A stretch of DNA of 64,000 nt from Candidatus Borkfalkia faecavium (GTDB lineage Bacteria > Bacillota > Clostridia > Christensenellales > Borkfalkiaceae): NCBI GenBank assembly GCA_019114755.1, contig DXEW01000029.1:48443-112442 (forward strand). Reading direction: 5' to 3'. Made by a program: the position numbers and the translations under genes. Shown piece by piece: positions 44,948 to 57,490 of the stretch (the first letter of the stretch is position 1; each line of letters starts with the position of its first letter). The notes under the pieces are model-generated. The model was not told where the DNA came from, ran no database searches, and saw only the letters and a list, made by a program, of their open reading frames with translations.

Positions 44948-45868
44948 TTATTTTCTCGGTCCTAAGAACTTGTCCCCATTCAAATGAATCATATGGTCTG
45001 GCATATCTGCAATCCATACCTCTGTTTCCCAAGCGAGTGTTTCAGAAAATTTCTTAAAGGTCTTAAAATCAAGGAATGCAGTCACATAAATTTTACCCGC
45101 TGTAACGCCTTCTGTCATTTCTTCAATCTCTTTAATCCTCTTAGGTTCCATCGGCCCGACAGAAGTAACAGACTCGATAAAATAAAGCCAATTCTTTTCT
45201 TCAGAGTAAAGGACTACATCTGGTATTTTATCGTGAAGTGTAATTGCAAATCCCAGTTCTTGCAACTTTTCTACATTCTTAACCAAATCTTTTTCCGTGG
45301 TATCCCCTACATAAAGGCACTCGGTATTCGGTGCAAATCGAGGCGCAAATTCCTCAATAATAGCCTTTTGTAGTTGATTATGCTTTCCAGGCGAAAAAGT
45401 AAAACTCTCTCCATTAATCCGCACAGGCATTTTTCTCATTGTACGCTTAGACGCATACAGATCAATCAGTGTTTCATGAGATTGCAAAAATTTCTGTTTT
45501 TCTGATTCCCAATGCTCTGTTTCAAAACAGCGAATAAGCGAGAGCATTTCATCGGTCAGACGATAGCGATAGTTCGGGCTATTGGTCGCTTTTCCATTAT
45601 CCTCAATAAACGCAGCATTCCTAAAATGGTGCATAGCTTGCTTTCGAAAAGTCTCTCGGCTATTTTCCGCATAGGCAACGCCATAGTTTTCCTTCGTATA
45701 CGTTATAACATCGTGAATGCGAATCCAACCATTTACGGCACTCGACCATTCATCATCTTCTTTTATATCTGCCATAGCCAAAAGAACATAACAGCACAAA
45801 TCCGCCTGCTGCTTAGCTGGCACTTGCAATTCTTTTAGTATCTCTCTTGCTCCCTCGATTTTGCTCAT
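44948..45868 (-). CDS. BsuBI/PstI family type II restriction endonuclease
   Basis: YAENSRETFRKQAMH, TNSPNYRY, SPGKHNQLQKAIIEEFAPRF, HDKIPDVVLY, IESVTSVGP, AWETEVW, HMIHLNGDKFLGP. Confidence 0.92.
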   Translation of the reverse strand: MSKIEGAREILKELQVPAKQQADLCCYVLLAMADIKEDDEWSSAVNGWIRIHDVITYTKENYGVAYAENSRETFRKQAMHHFRNAAFIEDNGKATNSPNYRYRLTDEMLSLIRCFETEHWESEKQKFLQSHETLIDLYASKRTMRKMPVRINGESFTFSPGKHNQLQKAIIEEFAPRFAPNTECLYVGDTTEKDLVKNVEKLQELGFAITLHDKIPDVVLYSEEKNWLYFIESVTSVGPMEPKRIKEIEEMTEGVTAGKIYVTAFLDFKTFKKFSETLAWETEVWIADMPDHMIHLNGDKFLGPRK

Positions 45869-47354
45869 AAATGAAACTCCTTAAAATTTGGTCGCATCTC
45901 GCTTCTGTCATATCACGAGATTTAATCAGCGCTTTGCCCATTTGCTCTATGCTTTCCAAAGGCGGTACAGGCATAGAATTGATCTCTGTCGAATTGACTT
46001 GAGTTGAACCGTTTAGGATTCTGTAATAGCAATCATAAAAGGTTGAATTAAACAATACATATAGCCCATAAACAATACATTCCGATAGTTCTTTTAGGCC
46101 GCCAATAAAATTAATTTTATTTTGGGTGCTGATTTTCGAATAATCAGGATACTTCCTTGCAAGATATACGCCGCACTGTAATCGCCGATGTTCTTCTTTC
46201 GCAGTAAATCTTTTTACAAAAAGATAATTTGCATTCGGTTGCAACAGACTTGCCTGATTAGTAACGATATACTCGTGTTCTTTGCCAATAGGAAATACAA
46301 CTTTCCCGTCTTGTATATGCTGTGAGTAGAACAGCGGGACAGCATGATCTTCCACCACATCACGCAATGCTTCTCTGTTTCTAAAATCGACAGTCAAGCC
46401 TGTTTTCATCTTTAATCCAATGCTCGGTAGTGTATTTGACCACCTGTTCAGCAGTTCAAGCGTCTCTACCTCTTGTTCATTTGTAACCAAATAAACATAC
46501 TTATCTTCTCCTGAAACAACAGTATTGTACGCTGCTTCAAAAGTTGTTTTATTGGAAAAGTCTTTGTTGCTTTGTGTTGTCGTAATAACGACATTTTCGG
46601 GAATGGCCGTTGCTTTTCTGACTTTAATAATCATAGTTTCCTGCAAGACGCTCTCATTTTCGAACACCTTATCACGACTAACAAACAAGTGAATATGTTC
46701 TAAAACTCCGTCTTTCAAGAATTTCTGGCGAAATTTTTTGAAATATGCTCCCGAAGTCCAAGAGCGAGGAATGATATATACTAATTCGCCATTTGGACAC
46801 AAATCAAACATTCCCATAGCAGCAAAAAGGAAATACAGATTGGGCGCACCATAACAAATATCCGGCATTGCTTTAGCCTCTGGAGCGTCTTTTGCGATCT
46901 TCATATAAGGCGGATTACCGATTACCATATCATATTTAAGAGGATCAGGTTCAGCACCAAGCATTCCATTGTACTCTAACATTTGACTCAAAATATAGTT
47001 ATCTTCTCGTATTTCATAGTCAACTCTTAATGTAGAATGCTGACAAACCCACTGAAGATTTGCTCTCAACAACTCAATGATTTGAGGATCGTTTTCATAA
47101 CATACTAAGTGTATATACTGTAGCCGGGGTATCGTTTGTAATCTTTCAATTAACGCAACAGACAATATGCCAGAACCAGCTCCAGCGTCAAGAATATGAA
47201 GTTTCTCTCTATTTGCAGACACTTCAAATAACTCAGCCATAAATACCGCAGTTTCTTTACTCGTAAAAAACTGCCCGTATTTTTTCCGCTGAGACTTCGG
47301 CATCTGTTCAATATATTTCTTCGTAATTTGAATGGCAAAATCAAGCAGGCTCAT
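45813..47354 (-). CDS. N6-adenine DNA methyltransferase (Eco57I/BsuBI-PstI type, gamma class)
   Basis: GQFFT, LDAGAGSG (motif I), GNPPY (motif IV), NLYFLF, IIPRSWTSGAYF, TGLTVDFR, NGSTQVNSTE. Confidence 0.92.
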   Translation of the reverse strand: MSLLDFAIQITKKYIEQMPKSQRKKYGQFFTSKETAVFMAELFEVSANREKLHILDAGAGSGILSVALIERLQTIPRLQYIHLVCYENDPQIIELLRANLQWVCQHSTLRVDYEIREDNYILSQMLEYNGMLGAEPDPLKYDMVIGNPPYMKIAKDAPEAKAMPDICYGAPNLYFLFAAMGMFDLCPNGELVYIIPRSWTSGAYFKKFRQKFLKDGVLEHIHLFVSRDKVFENESVLQETMIIKVRKATAIPENVVITTTQSNKDFSNKTTFEAAYNTVVSGEDKYVYLVTNEQEVETLELLNRWSNTLPSIGLKMKTGLTVDFRNREALRDVVEDHAVPLFYSQHIQDGKVVFPIGKEHEYIVTNQASLLQPNANYLFVKRFTAKEEHRRLQCGVYLARKYPDYSKISTQNKINFIGGLKELSECIVYGLYVLFNSTFYDCYYRILNGSTQVNSTEINSMPVPPLESIEQMGKALIKSRDMTEARCDQILRSFIYEQNRGSKRDTKRIASAS

Positions 47355-47553
47355 TTTCTATAAACTCCATTACATCACCAATATCACAGGACAACACAGA
47401 ACATATCTTACACAAACTTTCCAATGATACAAATTCATTGCGGCTCATTTTAGCAAGAACATTAAAGCTGACTCCTGCCGCATTCTTCAAGTCAGTTCGA
47501 TTCATTTTCTTATCAATTAGCAGTTTCCATAGTTTATCATAGCTTACAGTCAT
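47341..47553 (-). CDS. Cro/C1 (Xre) HTH regulator heading the R-M operon
   Basis: MTVSYDKLWKLLIDKKM...ICSVLSCDIGDVME; overlaps the MTase start. Confidence 0.88.
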   Translation of the reverse strand: MTVSYDKLWKLLIDKKMNRTDLKNAAGVSFNVLAKMSRNEFVSLESLCKICSVLSCDIGDVMEFIENEPA

Positions 47554-47582
47554 TTCATTACCCCATTCGTAAGGATAAATGT

Positions 47583-47611
47583 ATTATAGCACAAATCAAA
47601 CGAAAATTCAA
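47583..47611 (-). promoter_or_regulatory. sigma-A promoter of the islet operon
   Basis: TTGAAT-N17-TATAAT (TGCTATAAT); ACTCA-N8-TGAGT inverted repeat just upstream (47617-47634). Confidence 0.7.
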
Positions 47612-47692
47612 GTTTAACTCACGCTTATATGAGTAGTTCTCAAATTAAATCAAAAAAATAGCGGAATGGCAAGTCACCATCCCGCTATTGTA

Positions 47693-47836
47693 TTAACTGT
47701 AGATTAGTTCTGCATTTACAATCTCCGCCCTACTGCGAATGTTGTTCATCCTGCAAACCCATTCCATCTGATTTTCCGCCTTTAGCTGTTCTGTGATACC
47801 CTGCGCCCGTTTCATCTGCTCTGTGAGCCTTTCCAT
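47693..47836 (-). pseudogene. TnpV C-terminal fragment
   Basis: Manual translation MERLTEQMKRAQGITEQLKAENQMEWVCRMNNIRSRAEIVNAELIYS*, typical of TnpV; N-terminal half missing. Confidence 0.8.
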
Positions 47837-47955
47837 GAGCAATTACCCACAGCTAAGGGCTTTGTAATATGGATTTCTTTCGCTATACAAGCCGCCTTTT
47901 ATCATTCCGTAACTCATAAACCACTGGGCTGCAAGAATAATGGCTCTCGTATGGC

Positions 47956-47974
47956 TGTTATCAAATTGTTATCA
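47956..47974. repeat. Right arm-type recombination repeats
   Basis: TGTTATCA at 47956 and 47967 (11-bp period, as on the left end). Confidence 0.65.
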
Positions 47975-48033
47975 AAAGACTTCTCCGAACGCCGCAAACC
48001 CGCATAAACACTGGGTTTTTACGGTGCTTCGTT

Positions 48034-49566
48034 TTATTCCCACTCGATGGTTGCGGGCGGTTTGGAGGTGATGTCGTAGACGATGCGGTTGGCGTGCTCC
48101 ACCTCGTTGATGATGCGGGAAGAGATCTTTTCCAGCACGTCGTACGGGATGCGCGCCCAGTCCGCCGTCATGGCGTCGACGCTGGTCACGGCGCGCAAGG
48201 CGATGACGGGCTCGTAAGTGCGCGCGTCGCCCATCACCCCCACGGTGCTGGTCGAGGTGACGACGGCGAAGTACTGCCAGATGTCGCGATCCAGCCCCGC
48301 CTTGGCGATCTCTTCGCGGAGGATATAGTCGGCGTCGCGCAAGGTGGCGAGCTTTTCTTCGGTCACTTCCCCCATGATGCGGATGGCGAGCCCCGGCCCC
48401 GGGAAGGGCTGGCGCTGCACCACCGAATCGGGCAGCCCCAGTTCTGTACCGACGCGGCGCACCTCGTCTTTGAACAGGTCGCGCAGCGGCTCGACGATCT
48501 CTTTAAAATCGACCACGGAAGGGAGGCCGCCCACGTTGTGGTGGCTTTTGATGACGGCGGAAGCACCCTTGCCGCTCTCGATGACGTCGGGATAGATGGT
48601 GCCCTGCACCAGATAATCGACGGCGCCGATCTTTTTCGCCTCCTGCTCGAACACCTTGATGAACTCTTCGCCGATGATCTTGCGCTTGCGCTCGGGATCG
48701 GATACCCCCTTGAGCTTGGAAAGGAACAGCTCGCCCGCGTCCGCCTTGACAAGGTTCATGCCCAGCCCGTCGCGGAACACGGAGACGACCTCTTCCGCCT
48801 CGCCCTTGCGCAGCAGGCCGTGGTCGACGAACACGCAGGTGAGGTCATCTCCCGCGGCGCGGTGCACGAGGGTGGCGGCGACGGCGCTGTCTACCCCGCC
48901 GCTCATGGCGCACAACACCTTTTTGCCCGCCAATTTTTCTTTCAGCTTTTCCACCTGCTCGGAGACGAAGTTTTTCATCGTCCAGTCTCCCTTCGCCCCG
49001 CACACGCCGTACAAAAAGTTGTGCAGGATCTTTTCGCCCTCGGCGGTGTGGTGCACTTCGGCATGGAACTGGATGCCGTAGATATTGCGGGCGGCGTCTT
49101 CAAAGGCCGCCGCGGGGCAGGTCGCCGTCATGGCGGTGACGGCAAAGCCTTCGGGGACGCGGCTGACGTAGTCGGTATGGCTCATCCAGCACACGTTTTC
49201 GCGCCGCATGCCCGCAAACAGGGCGCTGCCCGCGTAGATGATGTTGCTTTTGCCGTATTCGCGCGTGTCGGCATGCGCCACCTCGCCACCCAGCGTATAG
49301 GCGATGAGCTGGCAGCCGTAGCAGATGCCAAGCACTGGGATGCCTAAATCGAAGATGCGCGCGTCGATATGCGGCGCGCCCGCCTCGTACACGCTGTTGG
49401 GCCCGCCCGTGAAGATGATGCCGATGGGCGCGTATTCTTTGATCTTTTCGATGCTCATGTCGCAGGGCAGAAGGTCGCAGTATACCCCCTGCTCGCGCAC
49501 CCTGCGGGCGATCAGCTGGTTGTACTGCCCGCCGAAATCCAATACTAAAACTCTTTCGTGCTGCAT
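48034..49566 (-). CDS. guaA: Glutamine-hydrolyzing GMP synthase
   Basis: [49 protein letters not shown]. Confidence 0.97.
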   Translation of the reverse strand: MQHERVLVLDFGGQYNQLIARRVREQGVYCDLLPCDMSIEKIKEYAPIGIIFTGGPNSVYEAGAPHIDARIFDLGIPVLGICYGCQLIAYTLGGEVAHADTREYGKSNIIYAGSALFAGMRRENVCWMSHTDYVSRVPEGFAVTAMTATCPAAAFEDAARNIYGIQFHAEVHHTAEGEKILHNFLYGVCGAKGDWTMKNFVSEQVEKLKEKLAGKKVLCAMSGGVDSAVAATLVHRAAGDDLTCVFVDHGLLRKGEAEEVVSVFRDGLGMNLVKADAGELFLSKLKGVSDPERKRKIIGEEFIKVFEQEAKKIGAVDYLVQGTIYPDVIESGKGASAVIKSHHNVGGLPSVVDFKEIVEPLRDLFKDEVRRVGTELGLPDSVVQRQPFPGPGLAIRIMGEVTEEKLATLRDADYILREEIAKAGLDRDIWQYFAVVTSTSTVGVMGDARTYEPVIALRAVTSVDAMTADWARIPYDVLEKISSRIINEVEHANRIVYDITSKPPATIEWE

Positions 49567-49641
49567 AGATGTCCTTCCAAATTCAAATAAAGCGCTTGTA
49601 CGAAAGAATGTACCGCACGCGGCGGTACATTCCGTTTGATT

Positions 49642-51931
<2,290 letters not shown>

Positions 51932-52215
51932 TTGTAGATACTCCGTTCTTTTTTGATTCGGTCTTTTCCGACGGCACTGCGCGCGGCATGCGACCGCCTG
52001 CGCAGAAAAGTGCAAGCGAGGCCTTATACGCGGCAAGAAGCCGAACTGTACGGCCGCCTGCACAGAAAAAGAGCGCAAATGCCTTGTATTTAAACTATTT
52101 TAGCATACGCGGCGAAAAAAAGCAACCGTTTCAAAAAAAATAATCATTTTCCGCCCGCCAAAAAAATAAAATACTGTACCGATACGGTACAGAGACTCAT
52201 GACGGGAGGAGAAAA

Positions 52216-52908
52216 ATGCAAATAAGATCACGCCTGCGCGCCAAGACAGCCGCGCTGACGGCCGCGGCGCTGTGCGCGTGCGGTGCCCTGCTCTTGTGCG
52301 GATGCTCCGCAAAGCCGCAGATGACAGACTATGTTTCTGAATACAGAAGCCATATTTATGAAGGAACGCAGGGAGAATACTCGGTGTTCGCCGCCTTTTC
52401 GCGCCGTGAATACCCCTACCTCGCGGACGGCTGCGTGGGGAAGATGCAGGAACTGTTCGAGATCGCCGTGACCGTGCCCGACAACACGAAGACGTACGCG
52501 ATACGATTCGGCTGCGGCGGCAAGGAGTACGAGGCGGAGCTTGCGTACAACAGCGTGGAGATGACGCACGAATGCAGCCTGAGCCTGCCCGAACCCGCCG
52601 AAAGCGCCATCGATTTTACGGTGACGGCGGAAGAGGAAGAAGGCGTGAGCGTGCAGGCGGCAGATATGCGCGGCGAAGGCGCGCTGGAGCTTGCGCCCCT
52701 GTTGGAGCGCGTGCAGGCGGCCTGCCCCGACACCTTTTCCGCCCTGACAAACGGCCGCAGCTTTGCGGGCGAGGTGTATGTGCGCCTGCTGTGCGAAGAC
52801 GAGCGGCGCTTCTTCTATGTGGGCGTGACGGACAGGGAAGGCAAGACGGCCTCCATGCTCGCCGACGCGGCGACGGGCGAAGTGCTCGCCACCCGCGACG
52901 GGACGTAA
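52216..52908 (+). CDS. Hypothetical lipoprotein
   Basis: Signal peptide with LLCG-C lipobox; GGGAG RBS. Confidence 0.65.
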   Translation: MQIRSRLRAKTAALTAAALCACGALLLCGCSAKPQMTDYVSEYRSHIYEGTQGEYSVFAAFSRREYPYLADGCVGKMQELFEIAVTVPDNTKTYAIRFGCGGKEYEAELAYNSVEMTHECSLSLPEPAESAIDFTVTAEEEEGVSVQAADMRGEGALELAPLLERVQAACPDTFSALTNGRSFAGEVYVRLLCEDERRFFYVGVTDREGKTASMLADAATGEVLATRDGT

Positions 52909-52946
52909 TGGCACGACGCTTTTTGAAAAAAAGCTTCTTCAAGCGC

Positions 52947-52973
52947 GATCTATGCCTGGCATAGTACTGTGCA
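52947..52973 (+). repeat. Dispersed palindromic intergenic repeat, copy 3
   Basis: GATCTATGCCTGGCATAGTACTGTGCA. Confidence 0.8.
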
Positions 52974-54083
52974 TCAGTGCAAAAAATCGACGATGATCTC
53001 GTTCTGCACGAACAGATACTGCGGGCGGATGCGGACGCATCCGCCCGCATATTCGAGGTAGTCGGCGTTTTTGACCAGCGCTTCGTGGAAGTCGGCGGAA
53101 AAGTCGGAACCGAAGCGCCTGCGGTATTCCTCGCAGTCCAGCCCCCGCGCCGTGCGCAGGGCGAGCATGACCGTTTCAAACTTGGCGTCCTCCCCTTCGA
53201 TCTTTTCGTTGTCGACGACGGGATAGTAGCCGGAGAGGATGCACTTGATATATTCGTCCAAGTCGCGCGTGTTGGTGAAGCGCCTGCCGTTCATGAAGGA
53301 GCTCGCCGCCACGCCGAAGCCGATGTACTCTCCCCTGTGCCAATAGTTGAGGTTGTGGCGAGATTCGAAGCCGGGTTTGGCGAAGTTAGATACCTCGTAG
53401 CGCCGATAGCCGCGGGCGGCGAGGTGTTTGCACGCCGCCTCGTATTGGTCGGCGACGGCGTCGGCGTCCGGCAGGTCGCCGTTCAGGTAGTCGCTGTACA
53501 TGGGCGTGCCGTCTTCGGGCGTCAGCGCGTACATGGAGATATGGCGGGCGCCGCAGCGCTCTGCAAGGTCGATGGCGCGCAAAATGTCTTCCGTCGTCTG
53601 CCCTTTGAGGCCGATCATCACGTCGGCGCTCTTGTTGGCGTCGCCGAGCAGGGCGCAGGCGTCTTCAAAATCTTTCGCCGTGTGGATCCTGCCGATGTCT
53701 TCCAGCAGGGCGTCGTTTGCCGACTGCAGCCCCACGGAAAAGCGGTTGACGCCCGCCTTTTTATACGCCTCTACCCTGGCGGCGTCTACCGTGCCGGGGT
53801 TGAGCTCGATGGTGACTTCCGCTTTTTCGGAAAGGCGGAAGCAGGCGCGAATCTGATTCATGCAGCCCGTTATCCACTTTGCGTCGATGACGGAGGGCGT
53901 GCCGCCGCCAAAATAGACGGTATCGAAGGACTTGCCCTGCAGGTCTTTGGCGCGGAACTGCATCTCTTTGAGCACGCAGGCCATATAGGCGTCGGCAAAG
54001 CCGAGTTTCGCGGGGTAAGAAACGAAGTCGCAGTACCTGCACTTCGACCTGCAAAAGGGTATATGGATATAGATGCCCGCCAT
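52974..54083 (-). CDS. hemW: Radical SAM heme chaperone HemW (HemN-like)
   Basis: IYIHIPFCRSKCRYCDF, FGGGTPS, YEVSNFA, HNLNYW; downstream of lepA. Confidence 0.9.
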   Translation of the reverse strand: MAGIYIHIPFCRSKCRYCDFVSYPAKLGFADAYMACVLKEMQFRAKDLQGKSFDTVYFGGGTPSVIDAKWITGCMNQIRACFRLSEKAEVTIELNPGTVDAARVEAYKKAGVNRFSVGLQSANDALLEDIGRIHTAKDFEDACALLGDANKSADVMIGLKGQTTEDILRAIDLAERCGARHISMYALTPEDGTPMYSDYLNGDLPDADAVADQYEAACKHLAARGYRRYEVSNFAKPGFESRHNLNYWHRGEYIGFGVAASSFMNGRRFTNTRDLDEYIKCILSGYYPVVDNEKIEGEDAKFETVMLALRTARGLDCEEYRRRFGSDFSADFHEALVKNADYLEYAGGCVRIRPQYLFVQNEIIVDFLH

Positions 54084-54099
54084 TGTTTCCCTCCTGATA

Positions 54100-54157
54100 A
54101 AAATCAAAGATTTGCGCAATGTATGCCTGGCATAGTACTGCGCAAATCGGCGATTTT
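54100..54157 (+). repeat. Dispersed palindromic repeat, copy 4, within an extended hairpin
   Basis: AAAATC..GATTTGCGCA-atg-TATGCCTGGCATA-gtac-TGCGCAAATC..GATTTT. Confidence 0.75.
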
Positions 54158-54195
54158 CGCGTTTTATGCGGCAAAAATTGCAATATACACGCCGC

Positions 54196-54660
54196 TTAGC
54201 GCAGGACGCGCGAGAGCTCGTTCCAGTAAAATTCCTCGCCGCCGATGGTGCAGGAGCACTGCTTTTCAAAGGTATAGCCGTGCCGCAGATAGAAAGATTC
54301 GGAGGAAGGGACGGCCTCCAGCCACGCCTTTTTATACAGCTGCGCCACCCGCGATTCGGCAAATTCGAGCAGCGCTTCGCCAAATCCCCTGCCCTGATAC
54401 AGCGGCAGCACATACAGGCGGGAGATAAGGTCGCTGCGCACCGTCACCGTGCCTACCGCCGAAACGCCGCAGCGGATATAATACACACAGCCGCGGTCGA
54501 TATCCGACAGGATGGTCTGCGGGTCGTTGCCCTTGATGAATTCATCGACGACTGCCTGTGAATAATGGCGCGGATATACCTGCAGGATTGTTGAGCGCAC
54601 GATGCGGCACACGTCTTCGGCGTCGCGCCGCTCGGCGCGGTAAATTTCACTCATGCTCAT
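54196..54660 (-). CDS. GNAT family N-acetyltransferase
   Basis: RLYVLPLYQGRGFGEALL, FYLRHGY. Confidence 0.88.
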   Translation of the reverse strand: MSMSEIYRAERRDAEDVCRIVRSTILQVYPRHYSQAVVDEFIKGNDPQTILSDIDRGCVYYIRCGVSAVGTVTVRSDLISRLYVLPLYQGRGFGEALLEFAESRVAQLYKKAWLEAVPSSESFYLRHGYTFEKQCSCTIGGEEFYWNELSRVLR

Positions 54661-54675
54661 GGCTTTGTTCCCCTT

Positions 54676-56481
54676 CTACTTATTCGTCTTTAAGATGGAC
54701 ATGAACACCTCGGACGGCACCTCTACCGAGCCGATGCTGCGCATGCGCTTTTTGCCCTCTTTCTGCTTTTCGAGCAGTTTCTTTTTGCGGGTGATGTCGC
54801 CGCCGTAGCACTTGGCGAGCACGTCTTTGCGGACGGCCTTGACCGTTTCGCGGGCGATGATCTTGCCGCCCACCGCCGCCTGTACGGGGATCTCGAACAG
54901 CTGGCGCGGGATCGCTTCCTTCAGATTTTCGCACAGTTCCCTGCCGCGAGGGTACGCCCTGTCTTTATGCACGATCATGGACAGCGCGTCGCACACGTCG
55001 CCGTTGAGCAGGATGTCGAGCTTGACCAGGTCGCTGCGCTCGTAGCCGATCAGCTCGTAGTCGAAACTGGCGTAGCCGCGGGTGCGCGACTTGATGCCGT
55101 CGAAAAAGTCGTAGATGATCTCGTTGAGCGGCAGCGTGTACAGGAGGCGGACGCGCTTCGCGTCTAAATACGACATATCTTTGAACACGCCCCGCTTTTC
55201 GCGGCACAGGTCCATGATGGAGCCGATATACTCGGGCGGCGAATAGATCTCCGCCTTGACGAGCGGCTCTTCCATATACTCGATATCGGTAGGGTCGGGA
55301 AGGTGCGAGGGGTTGTCTACATACAGCTCTTCTCCGTCCGTCTTGTGCACTTTATACGAGACGCTGGGGGCGGTGGTGATGATGTCGAGGTTGAATTCGC
55401 GCTCGATGCGCTCCTGGATGATCTCCATGTGCAGCAGCCCCAAAAAGCCGCAGCGGAAGCCGAAGCCGAGGGCGACGGAGGTATCCGGCTCAAAGATGAG
55501 CGAGGCGTCGTTGAGCTGCAATTTGAGGAGGGCGTCCTTCAGGTCGTTGAACCTGCTGCCGTCTAAGGGATAGATGCCGCAGAACACCACGGGCTGCACC
55601 TTCTTGTAGCCGGGCAGCGGCTCGGCGGCGGGCGCCAGCGCCCCCGTCACCGTATCGCCGACGGCGACGTCTTGGATGCTCTTGATGCTGGCGGCGATGT
55701 AGCCGACTTCGCCGGCGCGGAGGATCTCCTTCGGGGTCAGCTTGGGGCTGAACGCGCCCACTTCGGTGACGTCGAACTGCTTATCCGAGCGGAAGGTGCG
55801 GATGACGTCCCCCACCTTGACGCTGCCGTCTTTGATGCGCACGAAGAGGATGACGCCCTTGTAGTTATCGTAATAGCTGTCGAAGATGAGCGCCTTGAGG
55901 GGGGCTTCGGTGTCGCCGTCCGGCGGCGGGATCTGCCCGACGATCTTTTCCAAAATGTCGCGGATGTTGATCCCCTCTTTGGCGGAAACACAGGGCGCGT
56001 CGGAGGCGTCGAGGCCGATGACCTCTTCGATCTCCTTTTTCGTCCCCTCGATGTCGGCGGAGGCGAGGTCGATCTTGTTGACGACGGGCACGATCTCCAG
56101 ATCGTTTTCCAACGCGAGGTAAACGTTTGCCAGCGTCTGCGCCTCGATGCCCTGGGTGGCGTCGACGACGAGGATCGCCCCCTCGCAGGCGGCGAGCGAA
56201 CGCGAAACTTCGTAGGTAAAGTCGACGTGGCCGGGGGTATCGATGAGGTTGAGCTCATACTCCTGCCCGTCTTTGGCGGTATAGTACATGCGCACGGGCG
56301 TGAGCTTGATGGTAATGCCGCGCTCGCGCTCTAAGTCCATCGAGTCGAGCAGCTGGTCTTCCATGTCTCGATCGGAGACCTGCCCCGTCAACTCCATGAT
56401 GCGGTCGGCGATGGTGCTCTTGCCGTGGTCGATATGGGCGATGATACAAAAATTCCTGATAAATTTGCTGGGTTTGGGCAT
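54676..56481 (-). CDS. lepA: Translation elongation factor 4
   Basis: [54 protein letters not shown]. Confidence 0.98.
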   Translation of the reverse strand: MPKPSKFIRNFCIIAHIDHGKSTIADRIMELTGQVSDRDMEDQLLDSMDLERERGITIKLTPVRMYYTAKDGQEYELNLIDTPGHVDFTYEVSRSLAACEGAILVVDATQGIEAQTLANVYLALENDLEIVPVVNKIDLASADIEGTKKEIEEVIGLDASDAPCVSAKEGINIRDILEKIVGQIPPPDGDTEAPLKALIFDSYYDNYKGVILFVRIKDGSVKVGDVIRTFRSDKQFDVTEVGAFSPKLTPKEILRAGEVGYIAASIKSIQDVAVGDTVTGALAPAAEPLPGYKKVQPVVFCGIYPLDGSRFNDLKDALLKLQLNDASLIFEPDTSVALGFGFRCGFLGLLHMEIIQERIEREFNLDIITTAPSVSYKVHKTDGEELYVDNPSHLPDPTDIEYMEEPLVKAEIYSPPEYIGSIMDLCREKRGVFKDMSYLDAKRVRLLYTLPLNEIIYDFFDGIKSRTRGYASFDYELIGYERSDLVKLDILLNGDVCDALSMIVHKDRAYPRGRELCENLKEAIPRQLFEIPVQAAVGGKIIARETVKAVRKDVLAKCYGGDITRKKKLLEKQKEGKKRMRSIGSVEVPSEVFMSILKTNK

Positions 56482-56547
56482 AGTTGTTCCCTCTCTGGCG
56501 CCGCCTCTTTTGCGGCGCCCGCTGTTACGGCACTTTCGTTTCCTATT

Positions 56548-56576
56548 ATTATAGTAGAAAAGCGCAAAATTGTCAA
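56548..56576 (-). promoter_or_regulatory. Consensus sigma-A promoter of lepA
   Basis: TTGACA-N17-TATAAT. Confidence 0.85.
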
Positions 56577-56743
56577 AGATTCATCCGCCGCCGCCCCGTT
56601 TTTTGCCCTTTTCGAATATAAAAAACACGCTTTTTCTTTTTTGAATAGGAAAGAGGGTTTCCGCCTTTCAAAAAATAAAGGGCGTTCTTCTTAAAAATAA
56701 AAAACCTCCCGCCGATACGGGCGGAAGGCGATGCAGCCATCGT

Positions 56744-57391
56744 TCAATCTTGGCGGCGGTTGTAGACGACGGGCATCTGCCGCACATAGGCATCCTTTTG
56801 GACGCAGTCGGCAAGGCACTCCGCCAAATTTTCGATAGAGACGCCCGCGCGCGTCTTGTCGCCGGGCGCGGCGGAGAGCAGATACCCGCCCTTTGACTTC
56901 TTCAAAAACGGATTCATGTAGCGGATGACGGTGTATTCCAGCCCGCTTTCCCGCACCAGCTGCGTCACCTTGCTGGCGTCGCGGTACAGATGCGGGGCAA
57001 AACGGCGCAAAAAACCGGTAAAGAAGCGCACCATGCGGTTGTCGCTCTCCCCTTCGCAGGCGGCGCAGGTGAGAAAAATGCGCTTTTTGCCAAATTTCTG
57101 CATGACGGCGATGACATTCTGCAAGCCGTCGTAAAAGGGCGTAGACTCGTCTTTACGATTGCCCAGATGCCGCGAGCCGATGCAGCACACCACCACGTCT
57201 GCCAGCAGCACCGCCCGTTCCATCATCACGGGATCGTCCATCCGCCCGTGCTGCACCTCGTATTCGCTGCTGTCTACCTTGATCTCTTCGGGTGTATCGG
57301 TATAGGCGTACACAAAGCAGCCGCGCTGCGTAAACTTTTGCAGCGCCGCCCTGCCCGTTTCGCCGCAGGGCCAGAACAATGCGACCTTCAA
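56744..57391 (-). CDS. NAD(P)H-binding atypical SDR / flavin-reductase-like protein
   Basis: Degenerate Rossmann start (KVALFWPCGETG), ADVVVCCIG, SGLEYTVIR; TTG start after GGAGG. Confidence 0.7.
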   Translation of the reverse strand: MKVALFWPCGETGRAALQKFTQRGCFVYAYTDTPEEIKVDSSEYEVQHGRMDDPVMMERAVLLADVVVCCIGSRHLGNRKDESTPFYDGLQNVIAVMQKFGKKRIFLTCAACEGESDNRMVRFFTGFLRRFAPHLYRDASKVTQLVRESGLEYTVIRYMNPFLKKSKGGYLLSAAPGDKTRAGVSIENLAECLADCVQKDAYVRQMPVVYNRRQD

Positions 57392-57414
57392 AGCCTTTCC
57401 CTCCTTTGCTTGGA

Positions 57415-57490
57415 TGCAATTCTATTGTATACAATTTTTTTGGAAAAGTCAACCCCCTGCCTTGACATCTTCAAAAAAATGATTTAGAAT
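57415..57490. promoter_or_regulatory. Divergent sigma-A promoters with an OhrR-type operator
   Basis: Minus: TTGACT-N17-TACAAT (57452-57424); plus: TTGACA-N17-TAGAAT (57462-57490); TGCAATT-C-TATTGTA-TACAATT at 57415-57436. Confidence 0.7.

Larger units (their letters stand above)
42996..48047 (-). mobile_element. Integrase-less AT-rich genomic islet inserted at the guaA 3' end (ICE/IME remnant) carrying R-M and candidate defence genes
   Basis: Abrupt drop in GC; direct repeat TCCCACTCGA at 43000-43009 and 48038-48047 (guaA ...EWE-stop); tandem TGTTATCA repeats near both ends; TnpV fragment. Confidence 0.88.
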
